A stretch of 64,000 nt of DNA from Lama guanicoe (taxonomy: Eukaryota), in the NCBI GenBank assembly GCA_013239625.1, contig MU054220.1:3225374-3289373 (forward strand). Reading direction: 5' to 3'. Positions within the stretch are counted from its first letter, which is position 1. Each line of letters opens with the position of its first letter. Shown piece by piece: positions 22,991 to 35,257 of this stretch. A program made the position numbers and the translations under genes. The notes beneath the pieces were generated by a model. The model had not been told where the DNA came from. It saw only the letters and a program-made list of their open reading frames with translations, and did no database searches.

Positions 22991-24769
22991 GGCTGAGTAC
23001 CCAATGTGGGTGAAAGCGGATGAATGGAGGGCCTGCTCTTCCACGCTAGAGGGACAGCGGAATCCGTGGTCCTCTTGGCGCCTCTGTTCTCCACCTGCAC
23101 ATTCTCCAAGGCTACATCTAACAGCCCTGCCAGGCCTGGGGCCTTTCCTCCCGGTCCTGTCCTCCCTAGCCCCCTCCTCGAGGCTGGCATCTTGGAGCGC
23201 GGAACAACAAGGCCCCGCGCCGCATCCAGCTGGCTGGCGTTTCCGCTCACAGACACGTCTCCCTGGGAAACAGATCTCATTTTCACCCTGTGAGAAAGTG
23301 GTTGTCTCGCACCCAGGCAGCCCCCGCCATGGGGCAGCCAGCTCTTCCACAGTGGGAGCAAAGGGGATAGGAAATCGGATGGGGACCAGCTGTAGGCACA
23401 CGGATGCCGACTAGGGTGGAATCATCCATCACTCTTCATCCTGGGGTGTGGATTCTGGCAGGTGAGAACTGTGGGAAGGCGGGGTGACCAGGCCATGAGT
23501 GCACAGGCAGGGCCAGGCCGGTCTGTGAGGCCATAAGGAACGTTCCGCCTCTAGACCTCAGCTTCCTTGTCTATGGATTCTAGAAGATCCTGTCTAACTC
23601 TTAACTCCTATGGCTCTAAGTGGATTCTTTGTTCAAAGATGGATGTTTGTAGCACCAACATACAAATCAAATTCCCAAGCCTTAGCCTTCCCTCCCTTTT
23701 CTTCAACCCTAGAGCCATCACCCCTCTCCCCTCTGCTGTCAGGCAGGCGCTGTCTGCAGCCATCTGGCTGCTGGGGCTGGCAGGGACTTTCTGGAACTTG
23801 ACACAGGTGACAGGTGGGGCAGATGGGGTCCTTCACGGGGGCTGGCTCCAGAGGGCTCTGCCAGCTTGGTCCCTGGGGATGGAACAGGCTTTGCAAAAAG
23901 GTCACTCTATTCCCAGACAGAGTCTCCCCTGATAATCCCAAGGGAGCTCCACGCTTCCTCATGGGCCCTCTGACAGCACAAAACCGGGGCTGCTGAATGC
24001 AGGGCTAGAGAAGCCCCTGGGGGCTGGGGTCGGGGCAGGGTGGTGTGGGGAGGGATGCAGCAGCAGACCGGTAGGTGGAATTCACCTCCAGGGAGGACAG
24101 GAGCTGCCTCGTTTCACGGTCCTCCACTGCCCTTTTGACAAAGGGGGAGGAGTTAGTGGGTAACAGTGTGAAACGGAGGCTCCAGCCCCATCTCACCTCC
24201 ACCACCTAGTTGGCTTCCCATTCTCTGAGGACTCCTAAAGCATCCCCTGAACGGGGCCCCTCAGCATCCTCCTCCAGCCTCTCCCTGGCAAGCTCGTCCA
24301 TCCCCGCGATGACATTACCATCCTTGTAAGCTACTGCTGGCAGCCTTCTCTCTGAAGGTCCAGACCCCTTAGACAGTTTCACATTAAAAAACAAACAAAC
24401 AAAGTGGGTGCTGTCCCTACCGCCAGCTGCCAGAGCCTGCAGAGAGCTGTAGAGAGAGGGCTGCCTGAGGAGTCGTGGTGGTCAGCAGAAGGACACGGCA
24501 GGGAAGCAGCAGGGGAATCAAGTCCCCCATTCCCTCTCCTCTGCCCTCTGCTCTCCTGCCCCATTGATGGACCCAGCGCCCCTGTAGGAGCCTCCCGGGA
24601 GCAAGGCAGGCAGTGGGCGGGACATGGAGCTGGAGGGGCAAACGGAAGATGCCAGCTCTGGGATGCTGGGGACAGAAGAAGTGAGGACCTGCTAAGCTTG
24701 CTGCCTTGTCTCTTTCTTCACCTTTGGGCCTTCTTGGCCTTGGACATCAGGCTTTGGGAAGTACTGGGG

Positions 24770-24970
24770 CTCTGGATTCAGACAGACCAGGATCTGAATC
24801 CAAATGCCACGTCTCAGTGGCTGTGTGACCTTGAAAAAGTTACTTAACTTCTTGCACCCCAGTTTCTTCACCTGTAAGATGAGAAAAAGAACACCTAACT
24901 CTAAGTGCTGTTGAAGGTGAAAGAAAAAATGTATAGAAAGTGCTAGAAACATAGCAAGTGCTCAGTAAAA
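24770..24970 (+). mobile_element. MIR
   Basis: ctgtgtgaccttgaaaaagttacttaacttcttgcaccccagtttcttcacctgtaagatgag. Confidence 0.85.
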
Positions 24971-25059
24971 TGATCTTATTTTTTATCTAGATCTGTCTGT
25001 TCTTTATCTCTTGGCTGGACTCGCAGAACCTCTGAGCTGGTCTCTGTACCCCTCCTGTC

Positions 25060-25330
25060 TTAGCCCCTTTAATTCATCCTCCACACTGTCCCCAGAAAGC
25101 TGTCCCCAAGACCCTGGCTAGATCATGTCACAGATTTCCTCAAAAACCATTAATGGCTCCCCTGTGCCCAGAGAATAAAGTTCAAGTTCTTAATGTAACA
25201 ACCAAAGCCAATCAGGGGTCTGTCTTGACCCCTTGACCAGACCCTGCCAGTTCCTCCCTTGATCTCCTTGCCCACGTGACATCGATCTACTCCGTCCCAC
25301 TGTCCCCAGAGAGCCATTAGGTCTCCAAAC
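25060..25330 (+). mobile_element. L2 fragment
   Basis: ttcatcctccacactgtccccaga...gatcatgtcac...aatggctcccc...agaataaagttcaag. Confidence 0.7.
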
Positions 25331-26079
25331 CTTTGCCGCTGCTGTCCTCTCCACCCGGATGTTCCTTCCCCTTCTACCCAGCTGGTGGGACTCCCCCGCA
25401 CCAACCCAAATGGAACTGCCCAGAGTGTGTTCTTTTGCTTCCAGGCAGCTCTGTTTCCATCTGCCCACCAGTGTGGCGGCTGTGGCATGCCCACCCCTCT
25501 TGCAGGCAAGTCTTGTGGCACTAGGTCTGGCTCTCTGCGATTCCTAAGCCAGTGGGCGAGGGCTGACTTTGCGCCCTGGTGATCCCTACGCATGCGTGCT
25601 GATCCTTAGCGGAGACTTATGGGGGCTGGTGTCACTATCCTTTTCTTAGTAATAAGGAAGCTGAGGCAGAGCAATTTGCCTTGGGCTCCTTGGCCAGGAA
25701 GTGGAGAGGCAGGCTCTGAACCCGGGGTATCTGGGCTCGGGAACCCGTGCTTTCCCCACTCCCTAGGAACCAATGAAATAAGCGAATGAAGAGAAGATGG
25801 ATGATAGCAACATGCCATGGGGGTTAAAAGCAGGAAAGACCTGGGTTCAAGTCCAACACTTATGACCATGGGGCAGTGCACGGTCACCTTCTCTGGGCAG
25901 AGAGTAAGTGCTCAGGGAATGTTTCTTTCCTGCCCTTCCCAACTTCCCCGAACACCCCGTCTTTCTGCACAATCTGGTTTCCTGGCCCTGTCGGTGAATC
26001 AGGCAGCTCTGGAATCCTCTCTGGGGCCCTCCCAGTGGGGAGCAGAGAACCACATGGCTGAGACTGATGCAGGGAGGCT

Positions 26080-26640
26080 CACAGCCTGCGGGAGCCCAGA
26101 CAGCCGCTCAAACAGCCCTTCCAGCCGGCGTGATGAACATCTCAAGACGGCTTCTCCAGCACCCAGCTTGGGAGAGGGGCCTGTTAAAGCTATTTATATC
26201 CCGCCTGCCTGTTGACTGACAGCTTAATCACAGTGCCTCGTCCCTTTGACTTTTATTTGTCAACCATCTTTGCGTACCCTCCCAAGCGCCACAAAGACTG
26301 ACTCCTGGTGGCTTGGCTGGACAGCCCGGCTCTCCCAGTGAAGACTGGGGATTTACAGAAAGCTCCAACAGGCCCACCCCAGCTGCTCCCCTACAGGTAG
26401 GGTTCCAGCTCTGGTTGCCACAGGAGCCTTGCTAGAGGGTTCTGGGTAGCCCGGGGGTCTGCAGCTGGGGCTGTGCCTGGAGCATCTGTGGCCTGGGCTT
26501 GGCTTGAGTGTCCAATGGCCGGGCAGTGTGTCAGTAATTGACCAAGACTGTCAATTACCCTCCCCTGTGAGAGGTACCATCGCCTGGGCCATAAATCAAC
26601 CACTTTAATTTTCAGCAGGGCAAGCTTGGCAAGAAGGTTG
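26080..26640. promoter_or_regulatory. Candidate TALE (PBX/MEIS/PREP)-HOX enhancer
   Basis: TGACTGACAG 26213-26222; CCATAAATCA (PBX-HOX, reverse complement TGATTTATGG) 26589-26598; inverted GTAATTGAC/GTCAATTAC 26534-26558; MEF2-like CTATTTATAT 26190-26199. Confidence 0.5.
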
Positions 26641-26929
26641 CTGGCTCCAGTGTGAGTGGATGTGTGGCCAAAGAGCAAAGCTGGTTTAAGTGGTGTCCTC
26701 TGTGGTCCTAAGCGTCTGTTCATAGGGCCCAGTCGCCCTGTGGAATGCTCCTCTTACTCATGGAAGACCACGATAGAAGTTATTTAATATGTGAGACTCT
26801 GCCACTGATGTCATTCAGTCCTCAAAAGGCATCACAGCCAGCTGTAAAGAGGAGGGAAATTCAGAAGGAAAGATTGATTTATTCTTTTATTCATTTATTC
26901 ATTCATTTATTCATCTGCTGAAACATTCT

Positions 26930-27240
26930 GAAATCTTTGCATGGCTGACTCCTTCTCAATATTCAGGTCTTGGCCCAAAGGTCACCTCCTCAGAGAGGCT
27001 GCCCTGACCACCCTTTTTTATGGAGTCCCACTTTTCCCGCGCCACCCTGATGCTATCATATCGTTGTGTTTTATTGCTGCATAGCGTTTTCCAGTAGTTG
27101 GAGTTCTCTTGTTCATTTATTTATTTGCTGGTTTGCTGTCGGCCGCGCCCAGTGGAAGTAAAGCCCTTGAGAGGAGGGACCTTGCCTTCCTGTCCACTGC
27201 TGTGTCCCCGAGTGGCTGGCACTATGCCTGGTCCATGTGG
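26930..27240 (+). mobile_element. L2 3' fragment
   Basis: gcatggctgactccttctcaatattcaggtcttggcccaaaggtcacctcctcagagaggc. Confidence 0.85.
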
Positions 27241-27352
27241 CCCCTCATCCATCTAACGTTTGCCAGGAGCCCCCAAGTTGTTAGGCCAGTGCTGGGGCTC
27301 AACCATGGCCTGGTTCCCCCCTCAGGAGAGCCTGGCAGTGGGGTAAGAGCCC

Positions 27353-27892
27353 TGAATTAACCATGTGTTCCTGATGCTTAGACGTCCAGGGTTTGGTTGA
27401 TCCTGGAGAGACTATCCCCTGCACCCACAACCCAGAGCTAGCCAGTTCCTTAAGAGAGTGAGCAACTTGTCTGTGAACCCACTTTTCACAGGCAAACCAG
27501 CCAGAGACAAACCCCAACCACCTCCTTTATCCCTCTCTCAGGACCTCACACTCTGATCACTATCCACCCGTCCTAGTCACCCCAGGGCCGGGTACCAGGC
27601 AACTCGGGGCAAACCCTAGACTCCAGAGCCGCTGCCATCATTCAGCCTAGCCTGCTTACCCTGCCTTGCTCATTCCTTCCCACGGACACCACAAGCCAGG
27701 CTCTTGCCCGTGCTTTCCTCGCCCTCCCTCTGCCTCCTGACCGACCCTGGTGCTTCTGCACGTGGTCCCCCGTGGCATGGCAGACCCTGTCCTCCTGAGA
27801 TCTTTGAGTAACAAACTGTCTTCTCAATGGCAGTCATCTCCTGATCTGTCGGCCTCACCATACCTGAATAATAGTAACTACGTTTTAAAACA
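27353..27892 (+). mobile_element. MER74-like ERVL solo LTR
   Basis: Starts tgaattaaccatg; cccagggccgggtaccaggcaac; ends ggcctcaccatacctgaataata...ttttaaaaca. Confidence 0.85.
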
Positions 27893-28949
27893 GGCCATGG
27901 GGGTGAGGGCAGGCCCAAGGCGAATGGGGGAAGGGGCACCTAATCCACGCCTGACACGCCGTGTCTGCAGCGGCTGGTAGTGCAGTTACATCAGCTGGGT
28001 GGGGTGAGGTGGAGGGGGTGGCGGGCCTTCTGAGCCAAGGGCACAGAGCAGGCAAGGCTTGGCAGCTAAGGACGGGATGGGGCTTTCTGGTAACCCAGCT
28101 GGACCTGTATGGCTGGAGCAGAGTTGAGAGGAGCCATAGGACAAGAGGCTGGAGCAGGACGGGACCAAGTCTTGAGGACTTTGAATGAGGCTGGGTTATG
28201 TTTGGGGCAGGCGGCAGGCACACAGGGAGCTGTGGACGGAGCCATCAGATGCGGGGCCCTGGGTGCTTCTCCAAGCTGGAGTTCACTTGGCTGCTGCCCT
28301 ATGCGCGGAATGAGATGTGTCCCAGTCCCTGACTCGCACTTGCTCAGCTCCGGTCCCGGTCAACACCAGCCTTCGGCAACCCCACTCCGCCCCAGCTCTT
28401 TGCTGAGTCACAGAAATAGCTACTCTTTCTGCTGGGCTCTCTAAACTGAGTCACACCTGCCCATAAGCTCCCATCTCCCACTCTCCCCACCTCCAGCTCC
28501 CAAGGATGGGGGCCAATGGGCTTGATTCAGTAGCTGGTGGAATTATTGTGGCATGTGGCACCCAGGAGCTCAGATCCCTTGGGAAACAGACTGAAGCACC
28601 AATTTCCTGGAAGAAACTGAGGTGGGGTTGGAGTGAAGAGTAGGATCGTGAGAAAGGGATGACAGCTGTGGACGTCCATCTTTCTTATTATTCATCTTTT
28701 TCCCCTACAGTCTCCTTATGGGTCTGGCCTGGGATTTAAGAAAAAAGATAGGGGCCCCTTTGCATTGGCCTGGAGCGGGTACAGAATGGAAGGAGGCACA
28801 GCCCCAAAGGAGAAACCTCCATGGTTGAGTGCCTTCAAGCCAAGGTCAGGACCAGAGAGGAAAAGACCTCACCCTCAATCATCTGCAGCCTTAGCCTGGA
28901 AGAAGATAACACAGGCTCTCTGGAAAGATTGCAAACATTTACTGGGCAT

Positions 28950-29170
28950 TTGCTCAATTCATTCATTCATTCACTCATTCCATCAATATTTTTCTACTGC
29001 TCTGAGCCAGTCATGTTCTCGACACCAAACATATAGCAGTGCATAAAACATCCTGAATCTCTGTCATCTGGGAGTTTAAATTCTGTCAGGGGAGACAGCC
29101 AGTAAGTGAAAAGGGAATAAATACAACGTCTCTAAGTGAGGAATATTAGGGAGCAAAATGAAAGGGAGGG
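28950..29170 (-). mobile_element. L2 3' end with (TTCA)n tail
   Basis: attcattcattcattcactcattccatcaatatttt... Confidence 0.7.
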
Positions 29171-29349
29171 CTTAAAGATGGGTGTGTTAGATCCAACAGG
29201 GAATAAAATGTACCTTTTACTATGATCCATCAGCAGCTGAGAGGAAAAGCCAGGTACCATGGCGGATGAAGAGAGGACTAACTGACAGGGGACGTCACCT
29301 CCTCAGGGAGCGCGTGGCCAGGCTGAGGGGGAGGTCCTTATCAAATATA

Positions 29350-29590
29350 ATTAATGGCCACCATTTACTGGGGACATGATACATGCCAGCCCTTTACATG
29401 GATTATCTCATTTAACCCCCACAGCCACCTCTTGATGTCAATATGATTGTTTTCCCACTTTCGGGATGAGTAAACTGAGGCTTGGAGCCATCAGCTCACT
29501 TGCTCAGGGTCACTGCAGGTGCAGAGTGAGGATTCAGCAGTTCAGAGTGTAACAATTTAATATCTGAGGCAAGGAGCTTAACCATGGTTA
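29350..29590 (-). mobile_element. MIR
   Basis: ctttacatggattatctcatttaacccccacagcc...gatgagtaaactgaggc. Confidence 0.85.
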
Positions 29591-30019
29591 AAACACATAA
29601 GTGCATGCTCTTAGGTAAGGGCCAACAAGGCCACTGCATTCAGAGGACAGAGGGCTCCGGAATGGCTGTGTGGACCTGCCTTATAGTCAGGTAGGATTTC
29701 AACAGGCAGTGATGGAATGAGGACATTCCAGGAAGAGGCACAGCATGAACAAAGTGCAGAGGCTGGGAAAGCACGATACGGGGTGCTGCGGGGAGGGAGT
29801 GTGAGACAGGCTGGTATTGGAGGTGAGGTCATCCTGGGGTGACCTCAACTGTGGGATAAACCACAACTCTTTAGCCAGTTGGCAATGGGAGCCACCAAAG
29901 AGGTTTAAGCAGAGGACTGACTCTAAGTGTGAGCAAGAGCACATATTGGTGATGATGGGCAAAATGGCAGGAAGAAAGGCATGTGACAGGCTTAAGAGAG
30001 GCAGGCTCCCACATCAAAG

Positions 30020-30680
30020 CTGGCAGAGCACGTAGTTAAAGGTGTGGACTCTGGACCCACGCTGCGTGGATTTGGTTCCATCTCTACCCTGGTAGTGGGC
30101 ACTGTCAGCGCCCTACACTGCCCCCTTGGCCCTCACATTTGATTGTGCAATTCTGACTGCAAATCCCGGCACCAGCGTTGCTTTGCTTTAGGGCTTTCTC
30201 AGGCTGCTGGAGCCCATTCCAGCTGCACTGGGAATGCCAGGAACTTAATGCCCTCAGGAATAGCCCTCAGTGGGGACTAACAGATGTCAGTGTATCAATA
30301 CCCCAGCTCCCTAGTACATGTTTCCCAGGATTCTCAGAGGGATTAAACTCCAGTTCCTGCAGTGGTAACTTGCTTCTTACTGCCTGTCTCACCTTCCCTG
30401 TCTTCTTTCCTCACTCCTCTACCAGTGTTTCCTGGACTCACTGCCCAAATACACTTCTCACAGTTGAAGCCTTTACTTGGAGTTGGTTTCTGAGGAAATT
30501 GGAATAAAACAACCAGTTTTTAACTATAGGGTCTTAGGTGAATTATTTCACCTTTCTATGCTTCAATTTCCTCATCAGTCAAATGGAGATGATGATAATA
30601 ATTCATCAAAGGGTCATTATAATGAGTAATTGAGTTCGTAAGCACAGAAAACTTGGAGTCTTGCGTGTAGTAAGTTTTTA
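30020..30680 (+). mobile_element. MIR split by LTR16
   Basis: 5' half at 30020-30090 (gtagttaaaggtgtggactctgga); core resumes ~30512 (cttaggtgaattatttcacctttctatgcttcaatttcctcatc). Confidence 0.7.
30091..30511 (+). mobile_element. LTR16 (LTR16C-like) ERVL solo LTR
   Basis: gtagtgggcactgtcagcgccc...aataccccagctccct...cagtggtaacttgct...ttggtttctgaggaaattggaataaaaca. Confidence 0.8.
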
Positions 30681-31256
30681 GCAAGTGTCTGCCAAGACTA
30701 TTTCAAAACCAACGAGGTGGATGAAAGAAAGAAAAAGGAGAGGAGGGTAGATGCAAGAGAGTTGGCAGCTGACAGGAAGAGAGATGGAATCAGGACACAG
30801 CCAAGTGTGGAGCCTGGAGAGCTGGAGAGAGGAGTGCCAGTCACAGCAGCTGGTGGCCAGGAGGAGGAGCTGGGCTTGTAGAAAGATTGTGAATGCAATT
30901 TTAGAGTCAGTGCTTTCAGGAGCCAGACATCCATGTGCAGACACCTAGCAGGCAGCCGGGACAGTGGGGCTGAGTGGGAGAGGGGGCAAACATGGCAGCC
31001 ATGTGGATTTGGGAGTCACTTGGAGGGAAATGAGTGTTGTTGCTGTGGGATCTGGGTGGAGAACAGGTGGGGTAGGTCAAGCAGAGGTGAAGGTGGCAGG
31101 GAAGGGAAAGTGGGTCAGACAAGGTCCTTTAGGGAAGTGAGAAGCTGAGGAGGGGATGGAAACCAGTCTACAGGTAAGGAGTAGTGGAGGAGAACTCTTC
31201 TTCCTGAGATTCAAAGACAATGGGCATTTCTGGGACTAGAATCATGGAGAGCTTCT

Positions 31257-31465
31257 ATCTTGGGTCTGGTTCTCCAGAAGCAGAGCCTGAAACAGGAATT
31301 CAGTGCACATGATTAATTAGGAAAGGAAAAAGGGAGTGAGGGGAGAAGGCTAGGGCAGGGCAGACCTCAGCTGGAGGTTTGCTTCAGCTTAATCCCACAG
31401 AGCGTTCTGTAGTACAAACTCAACCACATGGTTAGTTCCAACTTGAATCAAGGAAGCTGGTCTGG
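31257..31465 (-). mobile_element. LTR33/LTR16-like ERVL LTR fragment
   Basis: tatcttgggtctggttctccagaagcagagcctgaaacaggaattcagtgcacatgatt. Confidence 0.65.
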
Positions 31466-31792
31466 GTAGAGCAGGAGGTTGCCAGTTTCTGCCCAGCAAT
31501 GGACCAGCTGTGTGACCTTGGTAAAGCTACTTTATCTCTCTGGGATTCAGAGTTTTCTTTTGAGCTTCAAATAAAGCATTTATGCAATAGATTTGGTCTC
31601 ACAAAAAAAATGAGATACCTGGAGTGCTGTATCAGGAAGGATTCTGAGGCAGACACTGAGCTTAATGACAGTATCATGATTGATTAGTAATGTCTGCCAT
31701 GGGCACCATTCAGGAGACTTGTGTCATGCCTGGTCCAGAGTACAGATGGAGAATGGAAGCAAGTTTGCACTCATGCAGGGTACATTCTAGGA

Positions 31793-32553
31793 GAGTGGTT
31801 TGTTTTTTTAAACCGAATCACTAACCATTAGTGAATTGTGAAATACATTAGTTGCCTACAAGCAACCGTTTAAGAATGTACAGAGTGGAATAAATACAGT
31901 AAAATGAAATTGAATAGAATGTTTTAGAGTTCAATGTGAAGGGGTTCAAGACATTGTGTCCCAAAATAGGTACCTTTGGTGTACTGCATATTTTAAGCTG
32001 ACAGAATTTGAGAAAATGGCAGATGTAGGAAGTTCACTCTGACATCCCTCCTCCACCTTCTTCCCTGAAACAGGTCATCAACCCCCCACATGAAAGGTGC
32101 TCTTCCTATATCTGGAGGAAAGGAACTTCCTTATCCCTGAAGATAAAGGCACCACCAAGAAGAATCCTAACAAACAGGTCTTGCTAAGTCTCCCTGTTTC
32201 CTACATCACCTCATGCTCCTTAACCTCCCAGAATCCTGCACAACTGTCCACTCTCCGTCAAACCTAGCACAAAAGTACACAGGAACTGACTGTTCCTCTG
32301 GGTCTTTCCTTCCTTATGAAGTCCCCCATGTCACCTAAAACTTACAAGAAATAAATATGTATGCTGTTCTCCTGTTTATCTGTCTTCATCAGTTTAACTT
32401 TCAGATCCAGCCAGGGACCCTCAGAGGGGCTAGGAAAACTTTTAATGCATAAATGCTGTTTTGTGAACTTTTTTTCAGTTCTATGTGTATATGTGAAGAA
32501 GGTCATGACTGATTCTTAACTGTGGCCCATGGTCCAAATGTTCAAGAGGCTGT
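31793..32553. mobile_element. hAT-Charlie (Charlie4-like) element split by MER34
   Basis: ccattagtgaattgtgaaata...gaatagaat on the left; gttttgtgaactttttttcagtt...ttcttaactgtggcccatggtc on the right. Confidence 0.5.
31936..32443 (+). mobile_element. MER34-like ERV1 solo LTR
   Basis: tgaaggggttcaagacattgtgtcccaaaataggtacctttgg...tattttaagctgacagaatttgagaaa...aataaatatgtatgctgttctcctgtttatctgtct. Confidence 0.85.
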
Positions 32554-32616
32554 GAAGGAGTTGGGCGACAAAGTCCATCACCCAGATGTCATTAGATAGC
32601 ATCTCCTTTCACTCCT

Positions 32617-32827
32617 TGTGGTGATTTTAATATCTGTCAACCCATTTTTTGACCCTCTTTCCTTTAAAAGGTGAGGCCTAATTCTCCTCCTCTCGAGTGT
32701 GGGCTGGACTTAGTGACTTGCTTCTTTGTGTATTTATTTTTAAATTCAAAAAAAATTTTTTTTTACTTTGTACTTAGTCAATTTACAATGTTGTGTTAAT
32801 CTCTGGTTTACAGCATAGTGATTCAGT

Positions 32828-32868
<41 letters not shown>

Positions 32869-33527
32869 GTATTCTTCTCCATATTCTTTTTCATTATGGG
32901 TTACTACAAGATATTGGATATAGTTCCCTGTGCTATACAGTAGGACCTTGCTGTTTATCTATTTCATATATAGTAGTTAGTATCTGAAAATCCCAAATTC
33001 CCAGTTTATCCCTCCCCCAACTCCCTCTTGGTAACTGTAAGTTTGTTTTCTCTGTGAGTCTGTTTCTGTTTCATAAATAAGTTTCTTGTGCCATGAAGTG
33101 ACTTGCTTCTCATGAATAGAATGTGATGGGAGTAGCAGTGTGTCACTCTTAGGACTGTGTCATAAAAGGTATTATGACCTCTTCCCTGCTCTTTCTTAGA
33201 TCACTCACCCTGATGAAAACCCACTGCCATATCATGAGGTAAGTCAAGCTGTCCTACAGAGAGGCCTAGGTAATGAAAAACTGAGGCCTCCTGCCAACAG
33301 CCACGTCAGCCATCGTGGGAGTGGATCCTCCAGCTCAGGCAAGCCCTCAGATGACCACAGCCTGGTCAGCATCCTATATGTAACTTTATGAAAGACCCAA
33401 ATCCAGAACCTCCCAGCTAAGACCCTCCCAAATGTCTCACTCACAGAAACTGACATAATCAATGTCTGCTGTTTTAAGCTGCTAAGTTTTAGGATAATTT
33501 GTTATTCAGCAGTTGATAACTGATGCA
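32617..33527 (+). mobile_element. MLT1F-like MaLR solo LTR split by L1
   Basis: Starts tgtggtgattttaa; gagtgtgggctggacttagtgacttgcttct; aactgaggcctcctgccaacagccac; ends gataactgatgca. Confidence 0.9.
32726..33096 (-). mobile_element. L1 3' UTR end, 5'-truncated, containing a (CA)n microsatellite
   Basis: Perfect 14-bp TSD agtgacttgcttct at 32712-32725 and 33097-33110; similar to the copy at 13990-14428. Confidence 0.95.
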
Positions 33528-33599
33528 CTCTCAAAGTTATCTCCTTTGTTTGGAAAATTACATGGTTACTCTCTGTAGGAAAGACTTCCAAGATCTTGT

Positions 33600-34740
33600 G
33601 GGAAGTCTAAGAATCAGGCAGAAGGATAAAATTTCAAGGACACCAGAGAGAACAAAGCTACTTTACTTTGCCAAACAGCAGGGACGGTGGAAGACTGAAT
33701 TCTGATCGTGACAGAGCCTAGACTGGCCAACTAGACAGACTGGAGCAACTGGAAAAGAACATGGCATGGTCCAAGGGCCAGACCAAGCTTATCAAAGTCA
33801 AGTTTTCCCCAATGAAACAATTCCCCTCTTTTCCTACAGTGCTGGATTAGCAGATCAGAGAATACAGGACTGGTTCATGGTGGTTTGAATAGCAACTATC
33901 CGAGGAGTGTGTATGGAGGGAAATGAACTGGGAACAGGGACTTGCAGTGCAAACATTGCCTTAGCTCCAACCTGTCCAATAATTTTGCTAGAAACTTGGA
34001 TGAAGACACAAAAGATGTGTTCATCTGCACCTCGAAAGCACAAGTTATTTTGATACAGTTGATTTATGATCCAAAGTTCTCTTCCCAGGCAGAATGCTGG
34101 GCCAAAATCAACAAGAAGAAATTCAACAGTAATCGATGTGAAGTCAGGCACTTTCAGATCAAAAAATCAATGACCCAAGGAAGAAGCCCAGGGTTTGTAG
34201 ATGGGGCCAGCTTGGCAGAATTCCACCTGAAATGAGCTGGTCATTTTTCTTTGACCTCCAAGGTCAATGTAAGCACAATGTGATGTGGCTACCAAAGCAG
34301 TGGACTTAGAGGTAGGTTCTTAACAGAATGGGGCTCAGAGGGTGGAACGGATTGTCCTCCCATCTGCTCCCTCTCCTGATCAGTTACAGTGGGTGCTGGG
34401 GGTTTAATTCTGGACCCTCTTCCGCACTTTATAAGTAAGAAGTGTCCAGAGGGGGGACCCGAATGGGGGCAGCAGGACCTAGTGTCCTCAGATGAGTGAT
34501 GAACAGAATCTCAGGGGAAGCAGCGTGAAACAGGAGAGAAGGCTTAGCAGGGACGATTTGGCTGCCTTGGAACGTCAGTCTGGGGAGGAAGGAGGAGACC
34601 AGTAGGTGGAAGAAAGCGGGAACTGCTTCGGGGTTACTCCATAGAGGGCTGTTCTCATATACAGGCTTACGTGTGGGTGGCTGCGTGACATGAGCTTCCC
34701 ATCACTGGGGTGAGAAAGCCGAGGCCAGCAGGAGCACAGT
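33600..34740 (+). mobile_element. L3/CR1 LINE remnant (RT domain to 3' UTR)
   Basis: ORF 33942-34235 contains LSSNLSNNFARNLDEDTKDVFI and ECWAKINKKKFNSNRCEVRHF, like CR1 RT LGPVLFNIFINDLDEG... and W.....MKFN..KCKVLHL; 3' UTR motif gagcttcccatcactgg ~34692. Confidence 0.75.
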
Positions 34741-35065
34741 CTGGTCCAAGCGGGAGGTCAGACCATAGGAGCCCAGAGTCCCTCCCCTTCTCTGTCCAGA
34801 CGTAGCCTCTGGTTTCCATGGGGGCTTCCTCTGTGATAATGGGCGGTCCTTGGTTGGCCAAGGGGACAGATGAACAGGAAAGAGAGGGGCGGAAAGCGGG
34901 GGCAGAATCTCCCTGGACTACGTGGACACTCACTGAGGCAGACAACATCTTTTCTTCCTGCATCATACGGGCCAATTAGTGAGAAGGGAGAAACTGGGGA
35001 AGGGGCAGCTGGACCTCTCGTGGCCTCAAGTGTCATTTCCTATAAGACTCTGCGGAGCTGCAGTG

Positions 35066-35250
35066 AACACACCACACACACACAAACACACACACACACA
35101 CACAATCCTGCTTACATGGGTTTAAACATCAGCCCTCACACAAAGATTTGCACACCCACGTTCATACACAATCACGTGTACACATACTGAATACTCATTT
35201 ACCTATGCACTGACTTACCCCCATTTACACACCCAAGTGCATACACATAG
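35066..35250. repeat. (CA)n microsatellite with degenerate CA-rich tail
   Basis: acaccacacacacacaaacacacacacacacaca... Confidence 0.85.
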
Positions 35251-35257
35251 GTAGGCC

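Noticed and set aside
23040..23340. CpG island or promoter (also 19220-19320)
   Set aside because: Only a short local CpG enrichment with no clear TSS features; too weak to call.
28680..28712. Splice-acceptor-like polypyrimidine tract plus AG (also ~3680-3697 and ~33820-33839)
   Set aside because: No convincing paired donor or coding frame; such motifs are common by chance. lncRNA exons cannot be excluded without RNA-seq.
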